Shown piece after piece: positions 29,233 through 38,414 of a stretch of DNA of 64,000 nucleotides. The position numbers were made by a program, and so were the translations under genes. How positions within the stretch are numbered: the first letter of the stretch is position 1; every line of letters starts with the position of its first letter. Under the pieces are notes generated by a model. That model saw nothing but the letters and a program-made list of their open reading frames with translations. It had not been told where the DNA came from and searched no databases. The stretch covers positions 1,344,001-1,408,000 of the forward strand of contig CAWDEM010000008.1 of assembly GCA_963801355.1 (NCBI GenBank). The letters run 5' to 3'. This DNA is from Ignavibacteriota bacterium (GTDB lineage: Bacteria > Bacteroidota > Ignavibacteria > UBA10030 > UBA6906).

Positions 29233-30585
29233 CTATTGCAGAAGAAGAAGCTTGCCCGTCTGGGCGAATTCCCCCGCTCGACCTTTGGAGTCCCGTCCGA
29301 TGGCGGAGTCCAGAGGTCGGACTTGCATCCGATAGAAATACACGCCGCTGGGGAGGCCGGTGGCGTGGAAAACCACTTCGTGATATCCTGCCTCCTGTTC
29401 GCCATTCTTGAGAAGGGCGACCCGCCCGCCGAGGACGTCAAAGATCGTCAGTGTGACAATGGCGCGATGCGGCAGGCTGTAGCGGATCGTCGTTGACGGG
29501 TTGAAGGGGTTGGGATAGTTTTGTTCCAGCGTGAACTCATGCGGCACAGGCTTCGTCGAGTTCAACACAGAGGCCGGCCCGTCATCGGACCACGCATAGC
29601 CGATCTGCCAATGCTGTGTTGCACCTGACCTCCCGGAATACCACATGTGGAATCTGTTGTTGACGAACAGCACATCAGCAGTCCCCAGTGTTGCCTCCCA
29701 TGTAGCACCGGCCGTCAATATCGGTTCGTTGGAACCACGCATCCAATGTATTCCGTCCTCCGAGTATGCCCATCCGAATGCACTCGGTCCGGTTGAGGCC
29801 ATCCCCTGGTAGATCATTTGAAAAAGGCCCTTGCAGAACACCACAGCGGGAGTGGCAACTTCGTAGCCATCCCATCCGGATGTGTTCTTCACGAATACTG
29901 GATTGCCCGCGTACTTAGTCCATACTTTGCCGTCGGTCGACGTCGCTAAACCGATTCCTTCCCAATGATCGCCGCTTGTTCCGTTGTACCACAAATAGTA
30001 CACGCCGTCCTTCAGCACTACATCACACCAGCCAATGTTCTTTGAATCCCACGACCCAGCGGTGCCGGTCGTGAGCACGGGGTTGCCCGCAAACTTGTGC
30101 CATGCTACGCCGTCGGAGGAGAAGGCTCCGCCGATACTGTATTTCCCTTGACTCACTCCGGTGTAGAAAAGCTGGTACTCCGATCCCGTATACACGGCCC
30201 TGGAAGCATCTATCCCCCCTTCATCAAATGACCCGGCCGGACCTGCCAGAAGCACAGGATTGCGGGCGTAGAGGTACCAATCAGTTCCGTTCTGGGATTC
30301 CGCCTGGGACACGCTGAACTTTGAACCGTATTGACTGGTCGAAGAGGTGAACCACATTGTGAATTTCTGAGCCACACTGTCATAGAGCACTGTCGGCTCG
30401 AGGAGATGCGTATATCCACTGGGGTCATTGACGTTGTTACTGCTGTATGGCATTACCGGGTTGCTCTCGGACTTTGTCCAGTATGCCTGCGCGTTCACAC
30501 AATTCACCACGATGCTCGTCAGAAATGCGTGCGCCGCAAACAGAGAGATGACGCGGTAGAATACCTTGGAGATATGGATTGTCAA
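29233..30585 (-). CDS. T9SS cargo: five-bladed beta-propeller glycosidase-like protein (GH32/GH130/GH117-like)
   Basis: TTG 30585 with GGAGG upstream. Five repeats of IGxAxSxDGxxWxKxxxNPV and a sorting domain. Confidence 0.78.
   Translation of the reverse strand: MTIHISKVFYRVISLFAAHAFLTSIVVNCVNAQAYWTKSESNPVMPYSSNNVNDPSGYTHLLEPTVLYDSVAQKFTMWFTSSTSQYGSKFSVSQAESQNGTDWYLYARNPVLLAGPAGSFDEGGIDASRAVYTGSEYQLFYTGVSQGKYSIGGAFSSDGVAWHKFAGNPVLTTGTAGSWDSKNIGWCDVVLKDGVYYLWYNGTSGDHWEGIGLATSTDGKVWTKYAGNPVFVKNTSGWDGYEVATPAVVFCKGLFQMIYQGMASTGPSAFGWAYSEDGIHWMRGSNEPILTAGATWEATLGTADVLFVNNRFHMWYSGRSGATQHWQIGYAWSDDGPASVLNSTKPVPHEFTLEQNYPNPFNPSTTIRYSLPHRAIVTLTIFDVLGGRVALLKNGEQEAGYHEVVFHATGLPSGVYFYRMQVRPLDSAIGRDSKGRAGEFAQTGKLLLLQ
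29276..29309. repeat. Family A palindrome copy 4, in-frame (one arm decayed)
   Basis: GCTCGAC-ctttggagtcccgtccgatg-GCGGAGT. Confidence 0.8.
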
Positions 30586-30665
30586 CTCACCCTCCTTCGT
30601 TTTCCCCCTGAACCTCTTACCAATGTACAGCGTGATTACAGTATTGTCAACAAGCCTGAAATGTC

Positions 30666-30709
30666 GAATGATTCCCACACGAATGATTCCCACCAGTGAT
30701 TCCCACAGA
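30666..30709. repeat. 3x TGATTCCCAC direct repeat upstream of the glycosidase-like gene
   Basis: Core at 30669, 30684 and 30697. Confidence 0.7.
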
Positions 30710-30745
30710 TCGTTCACAGGCTCTTTTCAGATCGTCCTAAAACAC

Positions 30746-30775
30746 AAAAGGGGTCGGTGTTAAATGCCGGACCCC
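30746..30775 (-). terminator. Probable rho-independent terminator
   Basis: Minus strand reads GGGGTCCGGCATTTAACACCGACCCC-TTTT, just downstream of the 30804 stop. Confidence 0.6.
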
Positions 30776-30803
30776 ATTGATTTCGCTGCGAATGAAGAGT
30801 CAC

Positions 30804-32075
30804 TCACTTTAGAAAAACGAGCTTGCGCGTCTGGGCGAAATTGCCTGTTTCGAGGCGGTAGAAGTACACCCCGCTTGACAATTCCGATGAGTCGAACCTG
30901 ACCTCGTGGACGCCCGCAGGTTTCCTCTCATTCACCAGCACAGAGACTTCACGCCCGAACAAGTCGGATATACTCAGCCTCACATCCGAGGATTTAGGCA
31001 ACTCGTACCTGATGGTCGTGCTCGGGTTGAATGGGTTGGGGTAGTTCTGGTAAAGCGCAACCTCCGTCGGCAAGGGGTCCTCTTCCTCGGCCCAGGTGAG
31101 TCCCCCGTTTGTGGTGTGCAGAATGGTTCCTGAATCCCCTGCGGCAAAACCCCGAGATTCATCGGCGAAGGAAATCGATCTCAGACCCGCGTTCGTCGGA
31201 ACAGGTGCCAGCGACCATGTGTCTCCCCCGTCTTTCGAGCGAAAGATCATCCCGCGATCGCCACAGGCATATATGATCCGTGCAGACGGTGCCGATACGC
31301 CGTGCAACGTACCGTCAACAGCTGAAGCACTGAAGATCGTCGTCCATGTCGAGTCCGTTATCGACTTCCGGACAATTGCTGGGGCTGCGCGAAAATCGCC
31401 CGTGACTCCCACAATGAACCCCGGTCCACCTCCCTCACAGAACTCACCCCGGAATGCCTGAGACCCCAGGCCCCGAAAGGACTGAAGAATGGTTTCCGTC
31501 CAGGGGCTTGGAGGAAACTCCGTCGCAGTGTGAAGTGTGTAGGGGGTCAGGGCATACACTGGCAGTCCTAAAACATACGTGCCCCTCCAAGCGAATAGAG
31601 ACAGTACCGGCCACTTGCTGATCTGTTCGGAAGACCATGTAGCTCCTGTGTCAATCGAATGATGGACCCAACCGGAGTCGTCACCAACGTAAATATTCCC
31701 GGGGCCGATCTGAAGCACGGACAGACAGTTTCTCCCTTTGGGAATCCCATGCCAGCGCCATTGATCACCTCCGTCCGTCGTGGTGGCGACATGACCAAAG
31801 TCGCCCGCGACTGTACCGGATGAGTCCGAGAAAAACGATATGGCATTCCAGGGATGGACAAACAGCGGGAGCAGCGGCACTATGGTCCATGTGTCTCCGG
31901 CATCTGAGGTCCGGAGGATGGATCCATCTCTTGCGACAGCGATTGCCGCCGTGGGACTGAGGGCAACGATATCTGAGATCTCAGCGGCCGTGCCGCTTTT
32001 CTGCTGATGCCACTGAGCAGGAAGTGCGCACGTGATCAGTACCGTCAGAAATGCCAAAGCACTCAGCCTCTGCAT
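30804..32075 (-). CDS. T9SS cargo: YCF48-like beta-propeller plus sorting domain (insert-free)
   Basis: Signal peptide, GxxGxIxxTxDGGxTW repeats, [13 protein letters not shown]...YRLETGNFAQTRKLVFLK. Confidence 0.87.
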   Translation of the reverse strand: MQRLSALAFLTVLITCALPAQWHQQKSGTAAEISDIVALSPTAAIAVARDGSILRTSDAGDTWTIVPLLPLFVHPWNAISFFSDSSGTVAGDFGHVATTTDGGDQWRWHGIPKGRNCLSVLQIGPGNIYVGDDSGWVHHSIDTGATWSSEQISKWPVLSLFAWRGTYVLGLPVYALTPYTLHTATEFPPSPWTETILQSFRGLGSQAFRGEFCEGGGPGFIVGVTGDFRAAPAIVRKSITDSTWTTIFSASAVDGTLHGVSAPSARIIYACGDRGMIFRSKDGGDTWSLAPVPTNAGLRSISFADESRGFAAGDSGTILHTTNGGLTWAEEEDPLPTEVALYQNYPNPFNPSTTIRYELPKSSDVRLSISDLFGREVSVLVNERKPAGVHEVRFDSSELSSGVYFYRLETGNFAQTRKLVFLK

Positions 32076-32162
32076 GGAGTGCTCCGTTCAGCCTATTGAC
32101 TCGAACCTCGAGCCACCGACCCTACTGCATCGGGTGCCACATTTCAGGATGAAGAAGGGACT

Positions 32163-32576
32163 TCAATTATCCCTGGCTCCCTGGGAAATCCAGTTCGACA
32201 ATATCTTCACCTCATCGTCGGAGAGATACACCGGCGGAGTCGTCTTCTGCTTGCGTTTGGAATAGAAAGGCATGCGATCGCCGAATGGCGGCTTCTCCGA
32301 GAGTTTCTGGATCAAAATGCTTTTATCGGGATCGCCGGCAACAACTGCATCGCCATGCTTCCCTCCCTTCATCAGCAGCTCATAGGAATCCAGAGATAAC
32401 TCGCTCTTATTGAAATTTTCTTCCGCGTGACAGGGAAGACAGTATTTCTGCAAGATCGGTTGAACGTCGTTCTTGTATGAGATAGCATCACCCTGCGCAC
32501 CGGTAGGCGGCAGCATGGCGCCAATGAATACCAGTGTCAGGAGACACAGCAAACCGGCCAAATGCATTCTGTTCAT
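32163..32576 (-). CDS. Monoheme cytochrome c (planctomycete cytochrome c-like domain)
   Basis: Signal peptide, DVQPILxxxCLPCH, GDPDKSxL, RMP and WISQGA. Confidence 0.85.
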   Translation of the reverse strand: MNRMHLAGLLCLLTLVFIGAMLPPTGAQGDAISYKNDVQPILQKYCLPCHAEENFNKSELSLDSYELLMKGGKHGDAVVAGDPDKSILIQKLSEKPPFGDRMPFYSKRKQKTTPPVYLSDDEVKILSNWISQGARDN

Positions 32577-32606
32577 ATGTTGTCCTGTAAATTGATGTGC
32601 ATACTT

Positions 32607-33089
32607 CTATTTTGCGATTGTCGGCTCGCTTTTCAAGAGACTGTCGCTAAGATCCTCCGCCCATCCTGAAAGGAGATCCCTATCCGACGCAGCGAGCACG
32701 GCATCCCGGTGCATCATAGTGTAGAGTTCCGGGGGCATGTCGCCTTTGTCCACCTCGCTCATGAGCGACTCGAGTTTTGAGATACGCCGCCCGGCTTTGT
32801 AACCCTCCCACTCCGAGAAATTCAGATGTTTCCTCGCTTCGTTCACGTCACCGGCGACCAACCACGATACAGGTGCCACCTGGCTGTACCATGGCCAGCG
32901 AGATCGGTTTGAATGGCAGTCAAAGCATGAGCGTTCAAGGACCGCCTGAACATGTGCAGGGAGATACGGTTGACCCACGATGTCTTTTGCGGGGTCTATC
33001 GGAGGATTTGTACGTTCAGGGCGGATAAATTGAATGCCGATTGCGACCGCCACAATTCCGATTGCAGTATACTTGAGGACGTTGCGCAT
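32607..33089 (-). CDS. Haem-binding-domain monoheme cytochrome c
   Basis: N-terminal anchor, RSCFDCHSN, WPWYSQVAPVSW, LNFSEW and MPP...H. Confidence 0.88.
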   Translation of the reverse strand: MRNVLKYTAIGIVAVAIGIQFIRPERTNPPIDPAKDIVGQPYLPAHVQAVLERSCFDCHSNRSRWPWYSQVAPVSWLVAGDVNEARKHLNFSEWEGYKAGRRISKLESLMSEVDKGDMPPELYTMMHRDAVLAASDRDLLSGWAEDLSDSLLKSEPTIAK

Positions 33090-33129
33090 AGGTCAACCTC
33101 TGCTTTAAAAGAATGGTTGTCTTGCCGCA

Positions 33130-33543
33130 TCAGTTGTTGACTGCACCCTGATTGATCCAGGTCCTGATCACATTGATCGACGCATCAGGAAGTCTGGCTC
33201 CACCCATGGGCATGCGTACCCCGAACGGCGGAGGGTCGAGCAGCTTCCTGACAAGGTTGCTGCTGTCAGCCTTCCCCGAAACGATGGCCGGTCCATGATC
33301 GCCTCCGGCGAGCAACTGAGCCACCGTCCCCACAAAGAGATTCCCGCTTCCTCCGTGGCACCCCGTGCAGCCGTTATTCGTGAGAATCGGAAGCACATCG
33401 CTCGAAAACTTCGGCATGGCCGTCGGCCAGGGCAAGAAGCCCTGGTCGGGCTCCGTACCCGCGTCCTTGCACCCTGTGAGCAAGGAAAGCGCGACCAATA
33501 GAAGCAGTGCGCACAGGCGCTTGGTGGTCTTGACTATCCGCAT
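33130..33543 (-). CDS. Monoheme cytochrome c lipoprotein (paralogue of 32163-32576)
   Basis: Lipobox LTG|C, DVLPIL...CTGCH, PPFGVRMP and WINQGA. Confidence 0.85.
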   Translation of the reverse strand: MRIVKTTKRLCALLLLVALSLLTGCKDAGTEPDQGFLPWPTAMPKFSSDVLPILTNNGCTGCHGGSGNLFVGTVAQLLAGGDHGPAIVSGKADSSNLVRKLLDPPPFGVRMPMGGARLPDASINVIRTWINQGAVNN

Positions 33544-33616
33544 TATCGAATTCCATTATGCCTGAGACAAACCATTCCTGTTCCCTGCCGCCAAAATTAC
33601 GTAGAAGCGGCTGGAC

Positions 33617-35527
33617 TCACTTCATAAGCAGCATGCGCCTGACCTGCATCTGGCCCAGACCATCTTGAAGTTGATAAAAGTATGTGCCACTCGCAAGGGC
33701 AATGCCGTTGAAATTCACAGCGTACGTTCCCGGAGCTTTCACTTCGTCCACTAATCGGGCGACCTGTTGGCCGAGCAAATTGAAGACCGTGAGTTCCACC
33801 GGGCCTGCTTCCGCCAATTGGAATCTAATGGTGGTGCTGGGATTGAACGGATTCGGGTAGTTCTGGAACAAGGCGAAGGATGCGGGAGTATTCGCAGCAA
33901 CCTGAGCGACCCCTGTCGCGGCATCCGTCGGGAATGCCAGCTGTCCTCTGATTTCTCCGGCCGGGTTCGTGGCAGTGTGGTAATTCGCGTAAACTTTGCC
34001 GGCCAACAGGGAATCCACCAATGCCGGCGTCAATGGCTGGGTCGCGTCCGATGAAGACCAATCACCACCCACTGTGCCTGCAGCCGGATCTCCGGAAAAA
34101 GCAATGGCCTTCACCACCGGCCCGGAGACTCCGGATGCCCCGGCATGGAAGTGCCCTCCCGCTGTCAGGGTTCCGCTCAACCCATGGTAAGTGAAACGGT
34201 AACGCAGGTCATTGCGCTCTCCGTTCAATATGGCAAAGCCGCTCGAACGGGCTGCCGTGACCACAGGCGTACTCTCATCAGCGCCATCCATGGAAACGCT
34301 GAACCCTATGCCGGTGGTCAAGTTCCATTGCCCGCGGATTTCTCCGGACGGGTTCGCCGCAGTGTGGAAATTCACATAGGCCCGGCCGGAGAGTAACGAT
34401 TCCGCCAAGGCCGTTGTCAGAGGCTGCGATGCATCTCCACGCCGCCAGAAGCCGGACAACGTGGCCGATGCCGCCCCGCCGTTGACCGCAATGCCTTTGA
34501 CAACGGGACCGGACCGTCCGGCAGTGCCTGTGTGAAAATGTCCACCCGCGGTCAAAGTGCCTGTGAGACCGAAATATGTGACAGCGTACCGTGCTTCTGC
34601 GCGCGTGGCATTGAGGATGACGTAGCCGACACCCTTTCCGTCCGCCGTAACCGCGGGCACCTCATTGCTGGCTTCCAATTTCGCCGCGAAGCCGGTTCCT
34701 CCCGCCAGCACGAGTTGTCCACGTATTTCCCCTCCCGGATGTGCGGCAGTGTGGAAGTTTGCGTAGAGTTTACCTGCAATGAGTGAGTCCACCAGGGCAG
34801 ATGTGAAAGGCTGGGTGCCGTCAGATGAACGCCACTTTCCGCTGACAATCCCCGAAGCGGGATCACCGCTTACGGCGATACCTTTGACTATGCCACCAGA
34901 CTTCCCCACAGCGCCCACGTGGATGTGACCGCCGGCGGTAAGAGGCCCGGTCAATCCTCGATAAGCTATAGAGTACTCGATCTCTGATAGATCTGGAGAG
35001 ACCGCAAACACTCCGGTGCCTGTACCCAATTCGTTGTTCTGCGGTGTCTCCTGGACCCCGTCGAGATCCGCAACGAACTGAAGTGCCGTCCCCAAAGTCA
35101 CCTGACCGCGGATTTCTCCCGCCGGGTGTGCTGCGGTATGGAAGTTGACATAAATCCGGCCGGTCAATAGGGACTCGACAAGAGCTGGTGTCAGTGGTTG
35201 CGAAGGATCTGACATCTTCCACGTTCCCGAAACAGTGTTAGATGCAGGATCGCCGGAAAACGCAATGGCTTTCACGATCGGGCCGGACTTCCCCGGAGTC
35301 CCGACATGAAAATGGCCGCCGGCGGTCAGAGTCCCGCTCAACCCCTGGTAGCTCACGATATACTTCAGCTCGGTCAAGTCTTCGTTGAAGACAAATGATC
35401 CGGTGCCGGTAGCTGTAGTTGCAACGGACGGGACTTCATCGGCGCCTGTGAGTGCTGCAATAAACTGGATTTGCGCGTTCGCGCACGCCGTTACGAACAG
35501 CATTCCAAAAAGAAGGGCCTGTCGCAT
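33617..35527 (-). CDS. T9SS cargo: four tandem CHRD domains plus sorting domain
   Basis: GGAG upstream of ATG 35527 and signal ANA|Q. Four repeats, each with GGH(F/I)H, Y(V/A)N(F/Y)HT and GEIRGQ, then [13 protein letters not shown]. Confidence 0.9.
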   Translation of the reverse strand: MRQALLFGMLFVTACANAQIQFIAALTGADEVPSVATTATGTGSFVFNEDLTELKYIVSYQGLSGTLTAGGHFHVGTPGKSGPIVKAIAFSGDPASNTVSGTWKMSDPSQPLTPALVESLLTGRIYVNFHTAAHPAGEIRGQVTLGTALQFVADLDGVQETPQNNELGTGTGVFAVSPDLSEIEYSIAYRGLTGPLTAGGHIHVGAVGKSGGIVKGIAVSGDPASGIVSGKWRSSDGTQPFTSALVDSLIAGKLYANFHTAAHPGGEIRGQLVLAGGTGFAAKLEASNEVPAVTADGKGVGYVILNATRAEARYAVTYFGLTGTLTAGGHFHTGTAGRSGPVVKGIAVNGGAASATLSGFWRRGDASQPLTTALAESLLSGRAYVNFHTAANPSGEIRGQWNLTTGIGFSVSMDGADESTPVVTAARSSGFAILNGERNDLRYRFTYHGLSGTLTAGGHFHAGASGVSGPVVKAIAFSGDPAAGTVGGDWSSSDATQPLTPALVDSLLAGKVYANYHTATNPAGEIRGQLAFPTDAATGVAQVAANTPASFALFQNYPNPFNPSTTIRFQLAEAGPVELTVFNLLGQQVARLVDEVKAPGTYAVNFNGIALASGTYFYQLQDGLGQMQVRRMLLMK

Positions 35528-35586
35528 CTGCTTCTCCATGTTATGATATGTGTTGTTGTGATACGTATTGACATCCACTGCAATCT

Positions 35587-36279
35587 TCAATCGGGCTTCC
35601 CGTCCCGGTTATCGTCACGGAACGCATCAGGAGTCAAGTCCCTGATGCGCTCTTCAATCTTTTGCGCCTGGTTGAAGGGATCGTATATCAGGGTTCCCTC
35701 GGTGAACCAGGCATAGGGGTCAACTATGAGCGTGAGGCTCACCACGCCGGAGACCGGGATAGAGATCGGTGACGGGAACACGACTTCCGTCCGAAAGGAC
35801 TCGCGTGAGCGAAACACAAACGGGGTTTCGTGATAGAGGCCGCTCACGACAACGGAATAGCGCAACGTGTCGTTGCCGGGGTCAACGAACATGGAATCAG
35901 CGATCTGGGCGTTCTTTTCAGGAGGATGCAGATCAAGACGGATGCGCTCATACTCACCCGGCGAGACACGGCCGAACCAGAGATCCCTGATCCGCACACT
36001 CAAGTCAAGGTCTACTATCAACGGCTCCCGCTTCAACGCTACCGAATCACCCGTTCCCGATGCGACGACGAACAGGTCATCGAGCAGCAATTTCGCCGAG
36101 ATGATGTGCAAGACCTCATGTGCGGGTTTGCCGAGCACAGTTGCCGGGGGGATGACACCGATCCGGACGTTGTCTGCCGATGACATATCGTTGACACCCA
36201 GATCCTTGCAGCCTCCGGCGACGAAAAGCACCAGCACAGCCATGAGCGGGTACGCACGATACGGGTCGACTCTTTGCAC
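35587..36279 (-). CDS. Putative lipoprotein of unknown function (beta-rich, DUF4382-like)
   Basis: Start GTG 36279 is inferred. Lipobox AGG|C, PGEYERIRL and C-terminal AFRDDNRDGKPD. Confidence 0.65.
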   Translation of the reverse strand: MQRVDPYRAYPLMAVLVLFVAGGCKDLGVNDMSSADNVRIGVIPPATVLGKPAHEVLHIISAKLLLDDLFVVASGTGDSVALKREPLIVDLDLSVRIRDLWFGRVSPGEYERIRLDLHPPEKNAQIADSMFVDPGNDTLRYSVVVSGLYHETPFVFRSRESFRTEVVFPSPISIPVSGVVSLTLIVDPYAWFTEGTLIYDPFNQAQKIEERIRDLTPDAFRDDNRDGKPD

Positions 36280-36329
36280 ATTGTCACCTATTCTGAGGAG
36301 TGCGACGTTGGTGGATTGATGTCCGGTAC

Positions 36330-36345
36330 TGCAACCCATGTGCCA
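36330..36345 (-). promoter_or_regulatory. Sigma54 (-24/-12) promoter for the lipoprotein-CHRD-cytochrome operon
   Basis: Minus strand TGGCAC-ATGGG-TTGCA matches TGGCAC-N5-TTGCA, about 50 bp before the start. Confidence 0.8.
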
Positions 36346-36406
36346 GGAATTCTTGGGCAGAATGCAACGCCATTTGCGGGGAAAATCGGGAGTCAGAACT
36401 GCAACT

Positions 36407-36466
36407 GGGGAGCCCGTGCCACACATGCGCGCCTGAAGACCCTGCGGGATGTGGCACAGATGTCAC
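36407..36466. promoter_or_regulatory. Paired putative enhancer sites (GTGGCA-N4-TGCCAC type), 44 bp apart
   Basis: ggggag-cccg-tgccac (36407-36422) and gtggca-caga-tgtcac (36451-36466). Confidence 0.6.
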
Positions 36467-36556
36467 AATGTACAGGTCCGCGAGGAACCACGACTGTTGC
36501 TTCTCTGTTTGATAAATGACATTATATTGTTCCTCAGCCATAACACCTTACAGGCA

Positions 36557-37282
36557 ATGCCCCTTTTTCTCATTCTGTGCCTGTGTGTTCCTCTCTGCGC
36601 CTCAGCACAGCGAGTAGATTCCTCTGACCGGGTCGAAACCCGTTCCGTTTCGGAAATCCACGGCAAGATCACCGTCACGAAAAGCGATGAGCCACAAGGG
36701 ATGTCTGCCGTGGGCGTCTTCCATGGGGGGTACAGCACGCACGGTCGGACCGATGCAGTTCTTTCGGATCACGCTGCACACAAAACTCCGGCACCGCTAT
36801 CCGAAAGGGCCGTTGTCTATCTGGTCAGTGAAGAGCTGAATCACAGGGAATACCCTGCGCCGGTAAAAGTGCCGGTGCTCGATCAGAAAGATCTTCAGTT
36901 CCGTCCCCAAGTGTTGCCCGTTCTCGTCGGCACGACCGTGAGCTTTCCCAATCGCGACAATTTGTTTCACAACGTCTTTTCGTACTCTCAACCCAAGGAA
37001 TTTGACCTCGGGCGGTATCCAAAGAACGATACCCGCACTGTGCTGTTCGACAAACCCGGTGTCGTCAGGGTGTATTGTGACATCCATTCCAGCATGAGCG
37101 CCACGATCCTTGTGCTGCAAAACCCGTTCTTCGCTACACCGGATGACAACGGCGAGTATAGCATTCGGGGTGTTCCGGAAGGAAAGTACAGGCTTGTCCT
37201 CTGGTATGATCGCGAAGTGGCGGGAAGTCGTGCCATAGAAGTGAAGCCGGGTGACTCAGTCGAGGTCAATTTCATACACTAG
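36557..37282 (+). CDS. Exported cupredoxin / carboxypeptidase-regulatory-like domain protein
   Basis: Signal peptide from ATG 36557. FPNRDxxxHNVFS and YCDIHSSM give type-1 copper ligands (H...C-x2-H-x2-M). Confidence 0.82.
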   Translation: MPLFLILCLCVPLCASAQRVDSSDRVETRSVSEIHGKITVTKSDEPQGMSAVGVFHGGYSTHGRTDAVLSDHAAHKTPAPLSERAVVYLVSEELNHREYPAPVKVPVLDQKDLQFRPQVLPVLVGTTVSFPNRDNLFHNVFSYSQPKEFDLGRYPKNDTRTVLFDKPGVVRVYCDIHSSMSATILVLQNPFFATPDDNGEYSIRGVPEGKYRLVLWYDREVAGSRAIEVKPGDSVEVNFIH

Positions 37283-37291
37283 AGTCCCGAA

Positions 37292-38410
37292 ATGATCAAG
37301 CGTACAGCCTGTGTCCTGGTCGCGCTACTCCTTGCGGCGTCGACGGGAAGCGGCCAGATAAATCTTGGCGGACAGACCTCAGCGTACTTCTACAAGAGCG
37401 CGCGCACACAGGCGCAACGGGAGCTCAACGGCGCGCGCCCGTCATTCGGCCTGCGGGCCGACCTTTTCCTGACCGGGCAGGTTACCGACAACATCTCCAC
37501 TTCCTGGTACGCAAGAATCTCCGGTGATGGATCCATAGCATTCGACTACGCTGTGATTCGCCTGACTGATCTGACTCCGCTGAACTTCAACGTAGAAGCC
37601 GGGAAGCTTGACGTGCCATTCGGAAACCTCGGTGAACGCCGGTACCCCCGGAGAAATCCGCTGTACAGTCTTCCCCTTATTCATGAGTACCGGACCGCCC
37701 TTCCCGACCAGGTGCCGACGGAGACGGAGGTGCTGGCTCATCGTGGAGAAGGAACCGGCATGCGTCTTGTATACCTTGGCTTGTATGACCTGGGTGCAAA
37801 GTTGTTTGGATCATTTGACATCGTCGACTATGCATTTGCAGTTACAAGCGGTACAATCAGTACGACCTCGTACGGGGGCCCTAATCCCAACAGCGATCTC
37901 GGCATGGTGATCCGGGTGGCAATCACACCCATAACCGGTCTCACCGTAGGTGCTGCATATAACTGGGGCGCCTACCTGGATGAACCACCCCCATCCTTGC
38001 CTCTTCCCATCGATGTCAACGCCTATAAGCAGAGAGCCGCGGAGCTGGATTTCGAATTCAGCCACGGCCATGCCATAGTGTCAGGCGAAGTCGTATACAA
38101 CATCTGGCCGGTACCGTTCGACACAGGTGATCGCGATCTCACGGTGCTCGGGTATTATCTCGAAGGGAAATACACTCTGATACCCCGTCTCTACGCAGCC
38201 GTGCGGTTGAATGGCATGCATTTCGGCGACACGCGCCTGGGGCAGGTTGAACAACCGTGGGACTACGACGTGACTGAATGGGAGGCCGGCCTGGGATATT
38301 TTCTTGACAAGGATGTATTGCTGAAAGCTATCAGGCGCGAAACCCGCACGCTGGGCGGGAAGAGGCCCAAAGACAACCTCAACGTTCTTCAACTCGTCGT
38401 GGCATTCTAG
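37292..38410 (+). CDS. Outer-membrane beta-barrel (porin-like) protein
   Basis: Signal peptide, amphipathic strands, AGKxxVPFG motif and a C-terminal Phe (QLVVAF). Confidence 0.75.
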   Translation: MIKRTACVLVALLLAASTGSGQINLGGQTSAYFYKSARTQAQRELNGARPSFGLRADLFLTGQVTDNISTSWYARISGDGSIAFDYAVIRLTDLTPLNFNVEAGKLDVPFGNLGERRYPRRNPLYSLPLIHEYRTALPDQVPTETEVLAHRGEGTGMRLVYLGLYDLGAKLFGSFDIVDYAFAVTSGTISTTSYGGPNPNSDLGMVIRVAITPITGLTVGAAYNWGAYLDEPPPSLPLPIDVNAYKQRAAELDFEFSHGHAIVSGEVVYNIWPVPFDTGDRDLTVLGYYLEGKYTLIPRLYAAVRLNGMHFGDTRLGQVEQPWDYDVTEWEAGLGYFLDKDVLLKAIRRETRTLGGKRPKDNLNVLQLVVAF

Positions 38411-38414
38411 ACGT

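Noticed and set aside
22790-29530. Diversity-generating retroelement explaining the similar 3' gene ends
   Set aside because: No reverse transcriptase or template repeat in the window, and the differences between copies are not adenine-specific.
32163-33543. Multiheme porin-cytochrome conduit of the Mtr type
   Set aside because: Each cytochrome has only one CxxCH motif, so it is not a classical multiheme wire.
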